DNA of 64,000 nucleotides from a virus: IMG/VR virus record IMGVR_UViG_3300028706_000553; one strand, 5' to 3'. Position 1 is the first letter of the stretch. Every line of letters starts with the position of its first letter. The notes under the pieces are model-generated. The model saw nothing but the letters and a program-made list of their open reading frames with translations. It did no database searches and had not been told where the DNA came from. Of this stretch, positions 28,410 through 38,200 are shown piece by piece. The position numbers and the translations under genes were made by a program.

Positions 28410-28918
28410 TGAAAAAATCCATGGAAGAATTTGCTATTACATTACAGACATGGACATGTAGTATGCATAATAATCCTGATAGAGAAGTTTGCCCTGCACC
28501 TAATGGAGAAACATTAGTAGACTATATGAGTGAATATGATTTAACTTCAAGAGTTGATTTTCCGCTCTCTATACCTGAACAAGTAGCGCTGTTTATGTTA
28601 AATGAACATGTTCATTGGAGAGATTTAGTTAGCTATGATATGAATTTGGTTTTAGATGACATGGAAAAAGAATCATTAGATTATACTTATAGATTAAATC
28701 GTACACTTTTAATATCAAAAGGAATATCTAATTCAAATGAACCATGGGCACAACAAAGTAATGATCTTCCTCTGCACCGAATGAAACATATGCTACATCC
28801 GAATATTGGTTTTTTTGATAATATGTCCCGATATCAATTTTTAGATATAGAAACACGAAATGGACATCCTGTATATATTCCATTTAAAGAAACATTATAT
28901 TTGTTTAATCAACTATGA
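28409..28918 (+). CDS. Hypothetical protein
   Basis: ORF translationally coupled on both sides; no recognised motif. Confidence 0.65.
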   Translation: MKKSMEEFAITLQTWTCSMHNNPDREVCPAPNGETLVDYMSEYDLTSRVDFPLSIPEQVALFMLNEHVHWRDLVSYDMNLVLDDMEKESLDYTYRLNRTLLISKGISNSNEPWAQQSNDLPLHRMKHMLHPNIGFFDNMSRYQFLDIETRNGHPVYIPFKETLYLFNQL

Positions 28919-29922
28919 ACATATTAATTTTAGGTGGAGGAAGTGCTGGTTGGTTAGCAGCCGCATATTTATCCCGAACTAATAAAGTTGAAATAAAGCT
29001 TCCTAAAAATTCCAAACCTATAGGTGTTGGAGAAAGTACATTACCTGGACTAGTTAAATTTTTTGATTATTGTGGAATATCTGAAGATGATGTAATTAAT
29101 AAGTGTGACGGTGTAATTAAATATGGTATTAAACATCATGGTTGGCATAAAACTGATTGGGTACACCCGTTTCCCAATAATACTCATGCTTATCATTTAG
29201 ATGCGTTAAAAATGATTATTCTTCTAGAAGAAAAAACGCGCTCCAGATTATGTAAAGTAGATAATCCTGATTTAGTAATAGATTGCACCGGCTTCAATAG
29301 TGATTTTTCTAAAAATAAACAATTTGGTTCTTATAAAACTCTGTCTAATAATATGGCACTCTTCGCGCCCGGTGATTCTAATTGTCAATCTATAACAAAT
29401 ACTTTCGCTATGGATTATGGGTGGATGTGGAATGTAGATTTAAGATCAAGGAGTGGTAATGGGTATGTTTTTAATAATAATTTTATAAGTGTAAATGATG
29501 CCATTGAAGAATTTAAAAATAAAAATGTAGGCAATGTTAAAGCCGAAGACATTCAAGCTATTCCCTTTAATAATAGGTATTGTTTAACCCCGTGGTTGGG
29601 GAATACCGTGTCTGTGGGATTAAGTTGTGGATTTGCAGAACCTCTTGAAGCTACAGGACTTTTTCTAATAACATGGGCGATAGAAACTATTGAAAAATTA
29701 AAATATAAAAAAAATAAAGAGGAAATATTTAATCGTTCATATGTTAGATTGTGTCAGCATGTATATGATTTTTTGGAATTATTTTACACTTCTTCTAAAA
29801 ATGATCATACTGAATATTGGAGATCTTTAAAAAAATATCATACATTGAATAAACCAAAATATAATATTAATTTTTTTAGGGAAAACTATTCTTATAAGTT
29901 TTTAAATGATGCCAGCTTATGA
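28915..29922 (+). CDS. Flavin-dependent (tryptophan halogenase family) protein 2, shortened
   Basis: LGGGSAGW, IGVGEST, IKYGIKH, DCTGF, GWMWNV, FAEPLEATG; 335 aa. Confidence 0.8.
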   Translation: MNILILGGGSAGWLAAAYLSRTNKVEIKLPKNSKPIGVGESTLPGLVKFFDYCGISEDDVINKCDGVIKYGIKHHGWHKTDWVHPFPNNTHAYHLDALKMIILLEEKTRSRLCKVDNPDLVIDCTGFNSDFSKNKQFGSYKTLSNNMALFAPGDSNCQSITNTFAMDYGWMWNVDLRSRSGNGYVFNNNFISVNDAIEEFKNKNVGNVKAEDIQAIPFNNRYCLTPWLGNTVSVGLSCGFAEPLEATGLFLITWAIETIEKLKYKKNKEEIFNRSYVRLCQHVYDFLELFYTSSKNDHTEYWRSLKKYHTLNKPKYNINFFRENYSYKFLNDASL

Positions 29923-31571
29923 AGAACGTTTACTTATTACAATTAACATCTCCTTTATCTGACTCTTCCGTTGGAGTTGAAATGTCGAGTAATAAATCGG
30001 TATTTTTACCATATTCTGTCGGTCTTCTTTGGTCTTATTGTTTACAAAATAAAATAATATCCGATAATTTTATATTAAAGGATTTAGTGTTTAATATAGA
30101 TGATTTAGATCATTATATTGATAACATAGAACAACCAGATATAGTTGCTACTAGTAATTATATGTGGAATTCTAATAAACACCTTTATATATTAAAAAAA
30201 TTAAAAAAAAAGTATCCGGATTGTTTGATTATTTGTGGAGGACCACATGTTCCTAATTCTAATGATGATAAATGGTATGATTCGCATGACTATGTGGATA
30301 TTGGTGCTGTGGGAGAGGGAGAAAAAATCTTTGAACAAATTTTATTAGAATATTTTAATAAAAAAGATTTTTCTGAGATACCAGGAATTATTTTTAGAAA
30401 AAATAATGAAGTTTTTAAAACGAAACAAGCTATTAGAATTAAAGATATTAATACAATCCCTAGTCCATATTTGTCGGGGCTTTTTAATAATCTTATATTA
30501 AAAAATCCTTCAGTTAATTTTCACGCTACCGTTGAGATGGATAGAGGTTGTCCATTTAAATGTACCTTTTGTGATTGGGGTAGTTTAACTCAACAAAAGA
30601 TGATAAAATTTGATGAATGTAGACTATTTAAAGAATTTGAATGGATTAGTCGCAATAAAATAAATTATCTTTGGTTCACAAATAGTAATTTGGGTATATT
30701 TAAAGAAAGAGATTATAATATAATAGATAAGGCAGTAGGGTATCATGAAACTACAGGTTATCCTAAAAAAATAGCACACTCAGGTTATGCAAAAACACCG
30801 GCAAATAAAAATTCTTCATTACAAATACAACAACGATTATTAGAGGGCGTTAAGAATAATAATACTGTTCCTAGAGTAGCTTTACAATCTACCAATCCAG
30901 AAGTTTTATCTAATATTAAAAGAAAAAATATGAGCATTGTTAATGCGGATAAGATGAATTCTAAAGATATAGAGATTGAATTAATATATCCCCTACCAGG
31001 TACTACGTATGATGGATGGGTTAAAGAGCTATCCGGAATGATGCCAATTAAAAAATTAAAAATAAACGTATATCCTTGTTTAATTTTACCGAATGCGGAG
31101 CTTAATGATAAATCTTATAAGAAACGTTTTAAAATGAAAACAAAAACCATTCCCTTTAATGTTGACATGGAAGAATGTGAAATTATTACTTCTATGGAGT
31201 CTATGTCATATGAAGATGTTGTTAAAGGCTGGATGTTTGTATGGATTGTTAAGAATTTTTGGTTTGAACCAATATTAAGATACATATATTATGAATATTT
31301 TAAAGCCGATGTTAAAATAAAAGATTTTTTTGTTAAATTTCAAGATTTTCTAGAAAATAATCCAACATCAACCACAGGCATATTATATAATCGATTAAAA
31401 AATAATATTCATAATACATATGATGATTATGACCAAGTAGTTGATCATAATTATTGCATTGGGTATTTTCGAGAACATGTTAATTTAGTTTTAAAGGACT
31501 TTGAAAAATTCATATACAAATATTTTAATAGGTCTATAGATAATTTAGGTGTGGGTTATGCAATGCAGTAA
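29919..31571 (+). CDS. Cobalamin-binding radical SAM protein (class B methyltransferase-like) (rSAM 2)
   Basis: LPYSVGLL, SNYMWN, IICGGPHV, VGEGE (B12-binding domain); RGCPFKCTFCDW. Confidence 0.9.
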   Translation: MKNVYLLQLTSPLSDSSVGVEMSSNKSVFLPYSVGLLWSYCLQNKIISDNFILKDLVFNIDDLDHYIDNIEQPDIVATSNYMWNSNKHLYILKKLKKKYPDCLIICGGPHVPNSNDDKWYDSHDYVDIGAVGEGEKIFEQILLEYFNKKDFSEIPGIIFRKNNEVFKTKQAIRIKDINTIPSPYLSGLFNNLILKNPSVNFHATVEMDRGCPFKCTFCDWGSLTQQKMIKFDECRLFKEFEWISRNKINYLWFTNSNLGIFKERDYNIIDKAVGYHETTGYPKKIAHSGYAKTPANKNSSLQIQQRLLEGVKNNNTVPRVALQSTNPEVLSNIKRKNMSIVNADKMNSKDIEIELIYPLPGTTYDGWVKELSGMMPIKKLKINVYPCLILPNAELNDKSYKKRFKMKTKTIPFNVDMEECEIITSMESMSYEDVVKGWMFVWIVKNFWFEPILRYIYYEYFKADVKIKDFFVKFQDFLENNPTSTTGILYNRLKNNIHNTYDDYDQVVDHNYCIGYFREHVNLVLKDFEKFIYKYFNRSIDNLGVGYAMQ

Positions 31572-32043
31572 TAGATCATTAAATGACGATGATTTATTGA
31601 TAATATTAGAATTTTTAGTTGAATGCTCATATTTAAGATATAAAAATAATGTGAGTTTAAAAAGTATCAAATATAATGAAGCCAAGTGGGTGGGAACCTT
31701 TATAGATTCATCTTTAATTTCTATGAGTGGTGTTAAATGGGAAGAAGAGTTAAAAGGATATCGTTTATTATTCAGAGGTGTTACTCTTCCTGGACATGTA
31801 AAAAAAGTATCGAGAGATATTATACAAAGTTCATATCAATGGAGCCATATAAACATCCAAAAGGAAATTACAGGTGGAGTCGGACCATATTATTTAACAA
31901 ATAATGTAGATTCTAAAAATGGTGTTAAGAGTTATAAATTTTCAAACATTATGAAAAAGTTATCCCAAAAAGGTATCGTAGATTTAGTGGATGTCAAAAT
32001 GTTTAATAATGTGAAACAAAATATTTGGAAATATAATTTATGA
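31558..32043 (+). CDS. Hypothetical protein, possibly GNAT-like
   Basis: ISMSGV..YRLLFRGVTLPG pattern; weak. Confidence 0.45.
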   Translation: MQCSNRSLNDDDLLIILEFLVECSYLRYKNNVSLKSIKYNEAKWVGTFIDSSLISMSGVKWEEELKGYRLLFRGVTLPGHVKKVSRDIIQSSYQWSHINIQKEITGGVGPYYLTNNVDSKNGVKSYKFSNIMKKLSQKGIVDLVDVKMFNNVKQNIWKYNL

Positions 32044-32660
32044 AAATATCTTTATATACTAGTGGTTCAACAGGAAAACAAAAACTAGTTACACATGCTG
32101 AAAAGGATTTTTATAAAGCCGGTCATTGGTTAGTTGAAAAATGGGGAATAGGATACGATGATGTTATTATAAACCCTTTCCCAACATGGACTATTGCATG
32201 CTGGGCGTTTTGTATAATACCTGCAAAAATTGCCCATTGTAATTTAGTAAATATTAAATTTGAACCTTTGAAATTCTGGGATGTTGTAGAAGAAGTTAAA
32301 CCTACAATTCTTACATTAGCAATTGGAACATGGAGGACCCTTGTTAAAAGAAAAAAACCTAATCTTGAATTTGTTAGGAATTTTTCTACAGGCTCTGCGC
32401 CAGTTACTGATGAAGATATATCACTAATGAAATCAACAGGCGCACAAAATGTTTGGAACATATATGGTTCTACAGAATGTATACCACCTGTAATGATATC
32501 AAATAATAATATTTTTGATTTTCAAGAATCTCCATATTATTTGGAATACAAAGATAATTTATTTGTTGATGGTGTAAGCACAGGTGATACATTTGATCTT
32601 AGTACAGGAAAATTTGAGAGTAGAATAAAACAGATAAAGGCGGATACATGGAAGTCTTAA
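32040..32660 (+). CDS. Truncated AMP-binding (ANL adenylating) enzyme
   Basis: YTSGSTGKQK (A3 motif), TGSAP, YGSTE (A5 motif), TGD (A7 motif); only 206 aa. Confidence 0.75.
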   Translation: MKISLYTSGSTGKQKLVTHAEKDFYKAGHWLVEKWGIGYDDVIINPFPTWTIACWAFCIIPAKIAHCNLVNIKFEPLKFWDVVEEVKPTILTLAIGTWRTLVKRKKPNLEFVRNFSTGSAPVTDEDISLMKSTGAQNVWNIYGSTECIPPVMISNNNIFDFQESPYYLEYKDNLFVDGVSTGDTFDLSTGKFESRIKQIKADTWKS

Positions 32661-33343
32661 CAGAGAAAGAATATTATACATATCATACCGAAAATGCAGT
32701 TCCTACGAAATTAAAAATAGATAGTGAATTGTTTGTAAAGGAAATATCCAGGTTTAATTTTATACCTTGGGGAGATGTTCACTTAGAATTTCCACGGTAT
32801 GCGGTTCCTTTAATTAATGAAGATGGAATTTTTAAAAAAGATGATCCTGCGTGTTATCCATTAGATAGATGGAACTTTTTATTAGAATATCCCCAATTCA
32901 AATATAAAGAATGGACAGATGACCACCTGGTTAAATGGAAAGAATGGAATTCTCGAAAAATTGATATGGATAGTATTGTAAATGAAAAACATTTTAAGGA
33001 ACCAACTGATGCATTAAAAATTTCCAGTCTATCTGTATTAAGTGAAATATTGCCTTATATGTATAGAAGCTGTATATTCAAATGGGATTATTTGGGACAT
33101 TTTAAAAAACATATAGATACTTGGCACCCAACACAGTGGATTAGGTTATGGGGGACCACTAATCCCGACGGCATGGTTTTGCGTTATGAAGAAAATGGTA
33201 CAATGGTAAGAAGGCATAATATAGAACAGGGTAGACTTTATCTACACGATTCAATTAAGCCTCACGAAGCGTTAGCCTTTACCGATGATGTATATCAATT
33301 CTTTATAGCATTAAATCCGCGTGCATTGGAGGTTTTATGGTAG
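32648..33343 (+). CDS. Putative Fe(II)/2OG cupin oxygenase (Asp/Asn hydroxylase-like)
   Basis: FKKHIDTW (HxD), GRLYLHDSIKPH (distal His). Confidence 0.55.
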   Translation: MEVLTEKEYYTYHTENAVPTKLKIDSELFVKEISRFNFIPWGDVHLEFPRYAVPLINEDGIFKKDDPACYPLDRWNFLLEYPQFKYKEWTDDHLVKWKEWNSRKIDMDSIVNEKHFKEPTDALKISSLSVLSEILPYMYRSCIFKWDYLGHFKKHIDTWHPTQWIRLWGTTNPDGMVLRYEENGTMVRRHNIEQGRLYLHDSIKPHEALAFTDDVYQFFIALNPRALEVLW

Positions 33344-34263
33344 AAAGATTAATAGATTCCAGTGAGCATTGGAAAAATGGAAACATTTCAGAAATTAAAG
33401 ATTTTGCAGATGAGTATGGATATCTTTTTTTCAAACAATGTTTAGATGTAGAAGAGAATTTAAACGTTAAACATCAAATAGACGAAGTTTTATTAAAATA
33501 TAATTATATTACTGAAACTGGGGATTTTAATACAGATTTTCAAGATATGTTTTATGCCGGCGGTGTGGGTCCAGATGAATATTTTACTGATATTAATTAT
33601 TTGGAAGATTTGCATTCATATATGCATCAAGATATGTTTTATGCTGTAATGAAAATAATTACCGGCAAAGATTGTATACCTATACCCAGATTAGTTCAAA
33701 GGACAATTTTTCCTAATAATCCCAGATTGACAACATTACCACATCAAGATCATTGGTATGCTGGAATGTCGAATGATTTGTGGACAATGTGGATTCCTTT
33801 TGGTGATGTGTCATCAGATATGGGTTCTATGAGAGTATATCCTAAATCTCAATTACTTGGGATTATACCTCCAGAAAAAAGATATTTTTCTGAAGAAAAC
33901 CAGATGATTGGATTTCACCCAACTAACTTTGAAGAATGGATTTCTGATAATTTTGAAGCAGGAGACTTTTTAATGTTCAATGTCCTCACTCAACATGGAA
34001 ACAATCATAATATATCATCTAAAGTCCGGTGCACCTTAGACGTTAGATACCAACCTACAGATGAGAGATTTTTTGATTTATTTTTTGATACACATTCTAA
34101 AGATTTGGAATGGAAAGATATATATTCAAATTTTAAAGATAAATCAAAATGTTTTTATTGGGACAGATATAATTTAAATATTGTTCAAGATGAATCGTTA
34201 TCCAGAGCTGTTGCTGAAAATCATGCAACTATAAAAATAGATTTCAATGATACATTAAAATGA
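33337..34263 (+). CDS. Phytanoyl-CoA dioxygenase (PhyH) family oxygenase 1
   Basis: DEYGYLFFK, PHQDHWY, WTMWIPFGD, MGSMRVYPKS, AGDFLMF..LTQHG, DVRY. Confidence 0.85.
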   Translation: MVERLIDSSEHWKNGNISEIKDFADEYGYLFFKQCLDVEENLNVKHQIDEVLLKYNYITETGDFNTDFQDMFYAGGVGPDEYFTDINYLEDLHSYMHQDMFYAVMKIITGKDCIPIPRLVQRTIFPNNPRLTTLPHQDHWYAGMSNDLWTMWIPFGDVSSDMGSMRVYPKSQLLGIIPPEKRYFSEENQMIGFHPTNFEEWISDNFEAGDFLMFNVLTQHGNNHNISSKVRCTLDVRYQPTDERFFDLFFDTHSKDLEWKDIYSNFKDKSKCFYWDRYNLNIVQDESLSRAVAENHATIKIDFNDTLK

Positions 34264-36083
34264 GCAAAAATATATACATGTGTCAAATAACCCCAGCTGA
34301 CGAAACTATAGGGGGGATGTCAAAATGTGAATGGGCATTTTTACCCTACACGGCAGGCGTATTATGGGAATATGCTCATCGTAATGAATTGATTAAAGAT
34401 AATTACGTTCTTAAAGACACTATTGTGATGAGGGACCCTTTAGATGATGTATTGAATAAACTAGATCAACCAGACATAGTGGCATTTTGTTGTTATGTTT
34501 GGAATACTAGCTTTCAATGTATTATAGCAGAAAAGATTAAAGAAAAATATCCTAATTGTCTTATTGTTGTTGGTGGCCCTCATATACCAGTTAAACAGGA
34601 TGAATGGTTTAAAGATCGGCCATATATTGATATTGCTGCTGTAAATGAAGGCGAAGAAATTTTTGAAAATATTTTATTAGAAGGAATTAATGATAATCCA
34701 GACTATTCTAAAATAAATGGAATCATATTAAATGATACTAATGGTATCCTGAGAACACCGAAGCATCCTAGAATGAAAGATCTTGATGTAATACCAAGTC
34801 CCTATCTTACTGGGTTTTTTGAAAAAATAATGAAAGAGTATCCTGATGTAAAATTCCATGCTACATGGGAATCTAATAGGGGGTGTCCCTTTAGATGTTC
34901 TTTTTGTGATTGGGGTGGGTTAACTTATCAAAAAGTTAAAATATTTGATATAAATAGATGTAAGGATGAAATTACATACATTGCAGATAAAAAAATGTTT
35001 GCAATGTGGATATCCGATGCAAATTTTGGTATATTTAAAAAAAGAGATGTTGAACTCGTACAACATTTAGTGGATACTTACAAAAAAGAAGGCTATCCTG
35101 AATTTTTTCCTACATTAGGGTATGCCAAGACACCTCCGAAAAGAAATGGCGTCGCTGAAATTCAGAGATTGATCAGGGAGGCATTACCTGATAATAAAAC
35201 ACCATCTCCTAGAGTAGCTATACAAAGTTTTGATCATGATACATTAACTAATATTAGACGTGATAATTTAAGCATAACTGATCTAGATCTAATAGTAGAT
35301 AATCAAAAGCAAAATGATGTACCTTTTGAAGTTGAACTTATAATTCCTTTACCGGGAATGACATATGATAGTTTTGTTGCTGATTGGGAATATTTTTTAC
35401 AAAATGATTCGTCTGATGGAATGATATATCCGGCCATGGTTCTTCCTAATTCCGAATTTGGTACGGCTGAATATCAAAAAAAATATAAAATCAAAGTTAG
35501 AAATATGCCGTACAATTATTTTGTAAGTAAGGATTTTTCTGATAGACGTATATATACCAGTTTAGACAAATATAAAAATGAACATTTGGAATATGCTGAT
35601 ATAATAGTAGAAACCTTTTCAATGTCAGAATCTAATGTTATTAAGTGTTGGATGTTTTATTGGATAATAGAATGTTTTTGGTATCACATTGTTTTAAAAG
35701 ATATTGTAAGTTATATAAGTAAATGTCTTAATATTCCGATAGTTAATGTTTTTAAGAAAATGCAAACATATATTCTCAATTCTTATGGAATCATAAATGA
35801 AAGATATTCTGAATTAGAGTCTTTAGTAAATAAAAGTTATTTTGCATATGATATGAAATCTCAAAAATTTCAAGATATTAAATTTTTCCAGGAACATCAT
35901 GAGTTTTTCTTTCATGATATCACAACATTTATTTCTGATGCGTGCAAAAATGATTTAAATGATGAACAATTCACGGAGACGATTGAAATGATAAAAAGAA
36001 AAGATGATTCGGATTTTTATTATCGAGATGTAACACAAAATATAATTGATGGGAGCGAAGTTGAATTAGGAGGAGCTCCATGA
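34260..36083 (+). CDS. Cobalamin-binding radical SAM protein (rSAM 3)
   Basis: LPYTAGVL, CCYVWN, VVGGPHI, NEGE; ESNRGCPFRCSFCDW. Confidence 0.9.
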   Translation: MSKNIYMCQITPADETIGGMSKCEWAFLPYTAGVLWEYAHRNELIKDNYVLKDTIVMRDPLDDVLNKLDQPDIVAFCCYVWNTSFQCIIAEKIKEKYPNCLIVVGGPHIPVKQDEWFKDRPYIDIAAVNEGEEIFENILLEGINDNPDYSKINGIILNDTNGILRTPKHPRMKDLDVIPSPYLTGFFEKIMKEYPDVKFHATWESNRGCPFRCSFCDWGGLTYQKVKIFDINRCKDEITYIADKKMFAMWISDANFGIFKKRDVELVQHLVDTYKKEGYPEFFPTLGYAKTPPKRNGVAEIQRLIREALPDNKTPSPRVAIQSFDHDTLTNIRRDNLSITDLDLIVDNQKQNDVPFEVELIIPLPGMTYDSFVADWEYFLQNDSSDGMIYPAMVLPNSEFGTAEYQKKYKIKVRNMPYNYFVSKDFSDRRIYTSLDKYKNEHLEYADIIVETFSMSESNVIKCWMFYWIIECFWYHIVLKDIVSYISKCLNIPIVNVFKKMQTYILNSYGIINERYSELESLVNKSYFAYDMKSQKFQDIKFFQEHHEFFFHDITTFISDACKNDLNDEQFTETIEMIKRKDDSDFYYRDVTQNIIDGSEVELGGAP

Positions 36084-37108
36084 GTAATCAACAGGACGTA
36101 GAAAAACGAATTCAACATAATGCTACGGACAGTGCTGTAATGCACGGTTTATATGCAACTGTTCATAATGATTGGTCTGGTGAGATTAAAGATTATGATA
36201 TAACTCCATATACAGATTCAAGTGAGGCATTTCATGATGGTGATTATGACGAGATTAAAAAAAGAGCTAAGTCAGATGGTTACTTATATATAAAAGGAGC
36301 AGTGGATGTAGAAAGAAATATGTCTTTAAGGAATGATGTTTTGCGTATATGTGATGAACAAAATTTATTAATAAAAGATGATATTTTACGAGATGACATA
36401 GATGTTAATTCCGGTTCCGGCCCTCATGTATTTTGGGATAAGTGTGTTAAATTACAATCTTTTAATGAATATTTACATAAAGAACCTGCTGTACTTAAAT
36501 TATTTTCTCATATGTATGGCGAAGAATATGTTTTATTACCCAGAGCACTTTTTAGATTTTTTAAAAATAATGGTGAATTTTCTAAATTACATCAGGATTT
36601 TTGGTATTCCGGAGTTGCGAAAAATATGTGGACTGCATGGGTCCCATTAGGCGATATTCCTATGGATAAGGGTGTTATAGTAACTGCGAAGAATAGTCAT
36701 TTAAATATAGGCATTGTTCCAAATGAAGATAGATTTTATGACCAATCCAATCAGATAACTTATAAACTAAATAAAGATGATCATGAATGGTTGGCTAGCG
36801 ATTTTGAAAGTGGTGATGTATTATTCTTTAATTGTTTGTCTACTCATTTTAGTACAACCAATACAACGAATCATTTAAGACTATCCGCTGATTATAGATT
36901 TATACCCACATCTGATCCTATAGCAGATTATTTTTTTATACCTCATATGACCGAACATACGTGGGATGACATATATGAGGATTGGGACAGCACAGATTAT
37001 CAACGATATTGGTCCCACTTAGAATCAAAGTTTATATCTCCAGATGAAATAGACGACACAACAAACACTATTATGAGCCACACAACTCAATTTCAAAGCA
37101 ATATATGA
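36080..37108 (+). CDS. PhyH family oxygenase 2
   Basis: DGYLYIK, LHQDFWY, WTAWVPLGD, SGDVLFF..STH, DYRF. Confidence 0.85.
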   Translation: MSNQQDVEKRIQHNATDSAVMHGLYATVHNDWSGEIKDYDITPYTDSSEAFHDGDYDEIKKRAKSDGYLYIKGAVDVERNMSLRNDVLRICDEQNLLIKDDILRDDIDVNSGSGPHVFWDKCVKLQSFNEYLHKEPAVLKLFSHMYGEEYVLLPRALFRFFKNNGEFSKLHQDFWYSGVAKNMWTAWVPLGDIPMDKGVIVTAKNSHLNIGIVPNEDRFYDQSNQITYKLNKDDHEWLASDFESGDVLFFNCLSTHFSTTNTTNHLRLSADYRFIPTSDPIADYFFIPHMTEHTWDDIYEDWDSTDYQRYWSHLESKFISPDEIDDTTNTIMSHTTQFQSNI

Positions 37109-38184
37109 AAACAAGTAAAATACCCGGATTAGGAAGATTTGGTCTATTCATAGACGATCTACATTATAAAGATATTACTCCTGAATTATGGAATGAGATT
37201 GCTACTTTATATTTGGATAATTTAGTAGTTATAATACGCGATTGTGATTTTACTTTAGCACAATTCGAAGAGCTAACCCTAAAATGGGGTGATGGCACTA
37301 GTACTTTTTTGGTTAACATTACCAAAAAATATGGGTTCACAGATGTTTTTCAATTTGCTGATAATATGGCAGAATTAGATTTAACTGATGAAGAGAAGCA
37401 ATGGTTCAGGGCAGTGGATAAGGTTAAGGCTACTGATATAGATCCAGAAAAAGCTGCAGCAGTTAGAGTAACATCTAGAAGAGATGAGAATGGTGATTTT
37501 ACAGGAATGTTTCCCGACGGAGAACTGCTTTGGCATGCTAATGAATCTGGTAATTTTTTATTTGCACCCAGCGTAGCTTTTTATGGATTTGCAGATGTCG
37601 TGGGATCTTCTACTGGATTTTTGACAACGACCGATTGGTATGAAGAACAAACAGAATCTTTCAGAAGTGAGCTCGATGATATGATTCTTGTTCATGATTT
37701 TACTAAAAATAGATTTACTCCTGAATTATCTGAAGATGAACAACAAGTAATAATTAAAAATAATATGTGTCCTGAAAGATGTGAATTGCCTATGGTTATG
37801 CAATCCCCAGGTGGAATAAAAGGTTTACATTATACTATTACCAGTACCGTTTCCGGAATTAAAGGTGCAACTGATTCAGAGTTTAAAAAAATAACCGATA
37901 GTATAAATGAAACATTATTAGTAGATAAATATATTTACGATCATTGGTATACTTCTAGAGATTTATGTTTTTTTGATAATGCGATTTCTCTACATAGGCG
38001 CCAAGGCGATTTATCTAAGGGTAGATTAGGATATAGGATTCAACATAATTTAAGATATATACAAAGAGTTGATAGTCTATATTTAAAAGAACCATGGAAA
38101 TCACAATATATAAAAGAAATTAATGAGATGAACGATATTTTAGGATTTAACGATGCAAGATTCCCAGCGTTCAATTCTTATTAA
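37105..38184 (+). CDS. TauD/TfdA family dioxygenase
   Basis: NLVVIIR, WHANES, TGFLTT, YDHWY..DLCFFDNAISLHRR. Confidence 0.8.
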   Translation: MKTSKIPGLGRFGLFIDDLHYKDITPELWNEIATLYLDNLVVIIRDCDFTLAQFEELTLKWGDGTSTFLVNITKKYGFTDVFQFADNMAELDLTDEEKQWFRAVDKVKATDIDPEKAAAVRVTSRRDENGDFTGMFPDGELLWHANESGNFLFAPSVAFYGFADVVGSSTGFLTTTDWYEEQTESFRSELDDMILVHDFTKNRFTPELSEDEQQVIIKNNMCPERCELPMVMQSPGGIKGLHYTITSTVSGIKGATDSEFKKITDSINETLLVDKYIYDHWYTSRDLCFFDNAISLHRRQGDLSKGRLGYRIQHNLRYIQRVDSLYLKEPWKSQYIKEINEMNDILGFNDARFPAFNSY

Positions 38185-38200
38185 ATAAAAGGGTAGTTAA

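Noticed and set aside
33541-33644. 17-bp repeat caagatatgttttatgc (QDMFYA twice) within PhyH 1
   Set aside because: Short, intragenic and two copies only; no spacer array or functional context.
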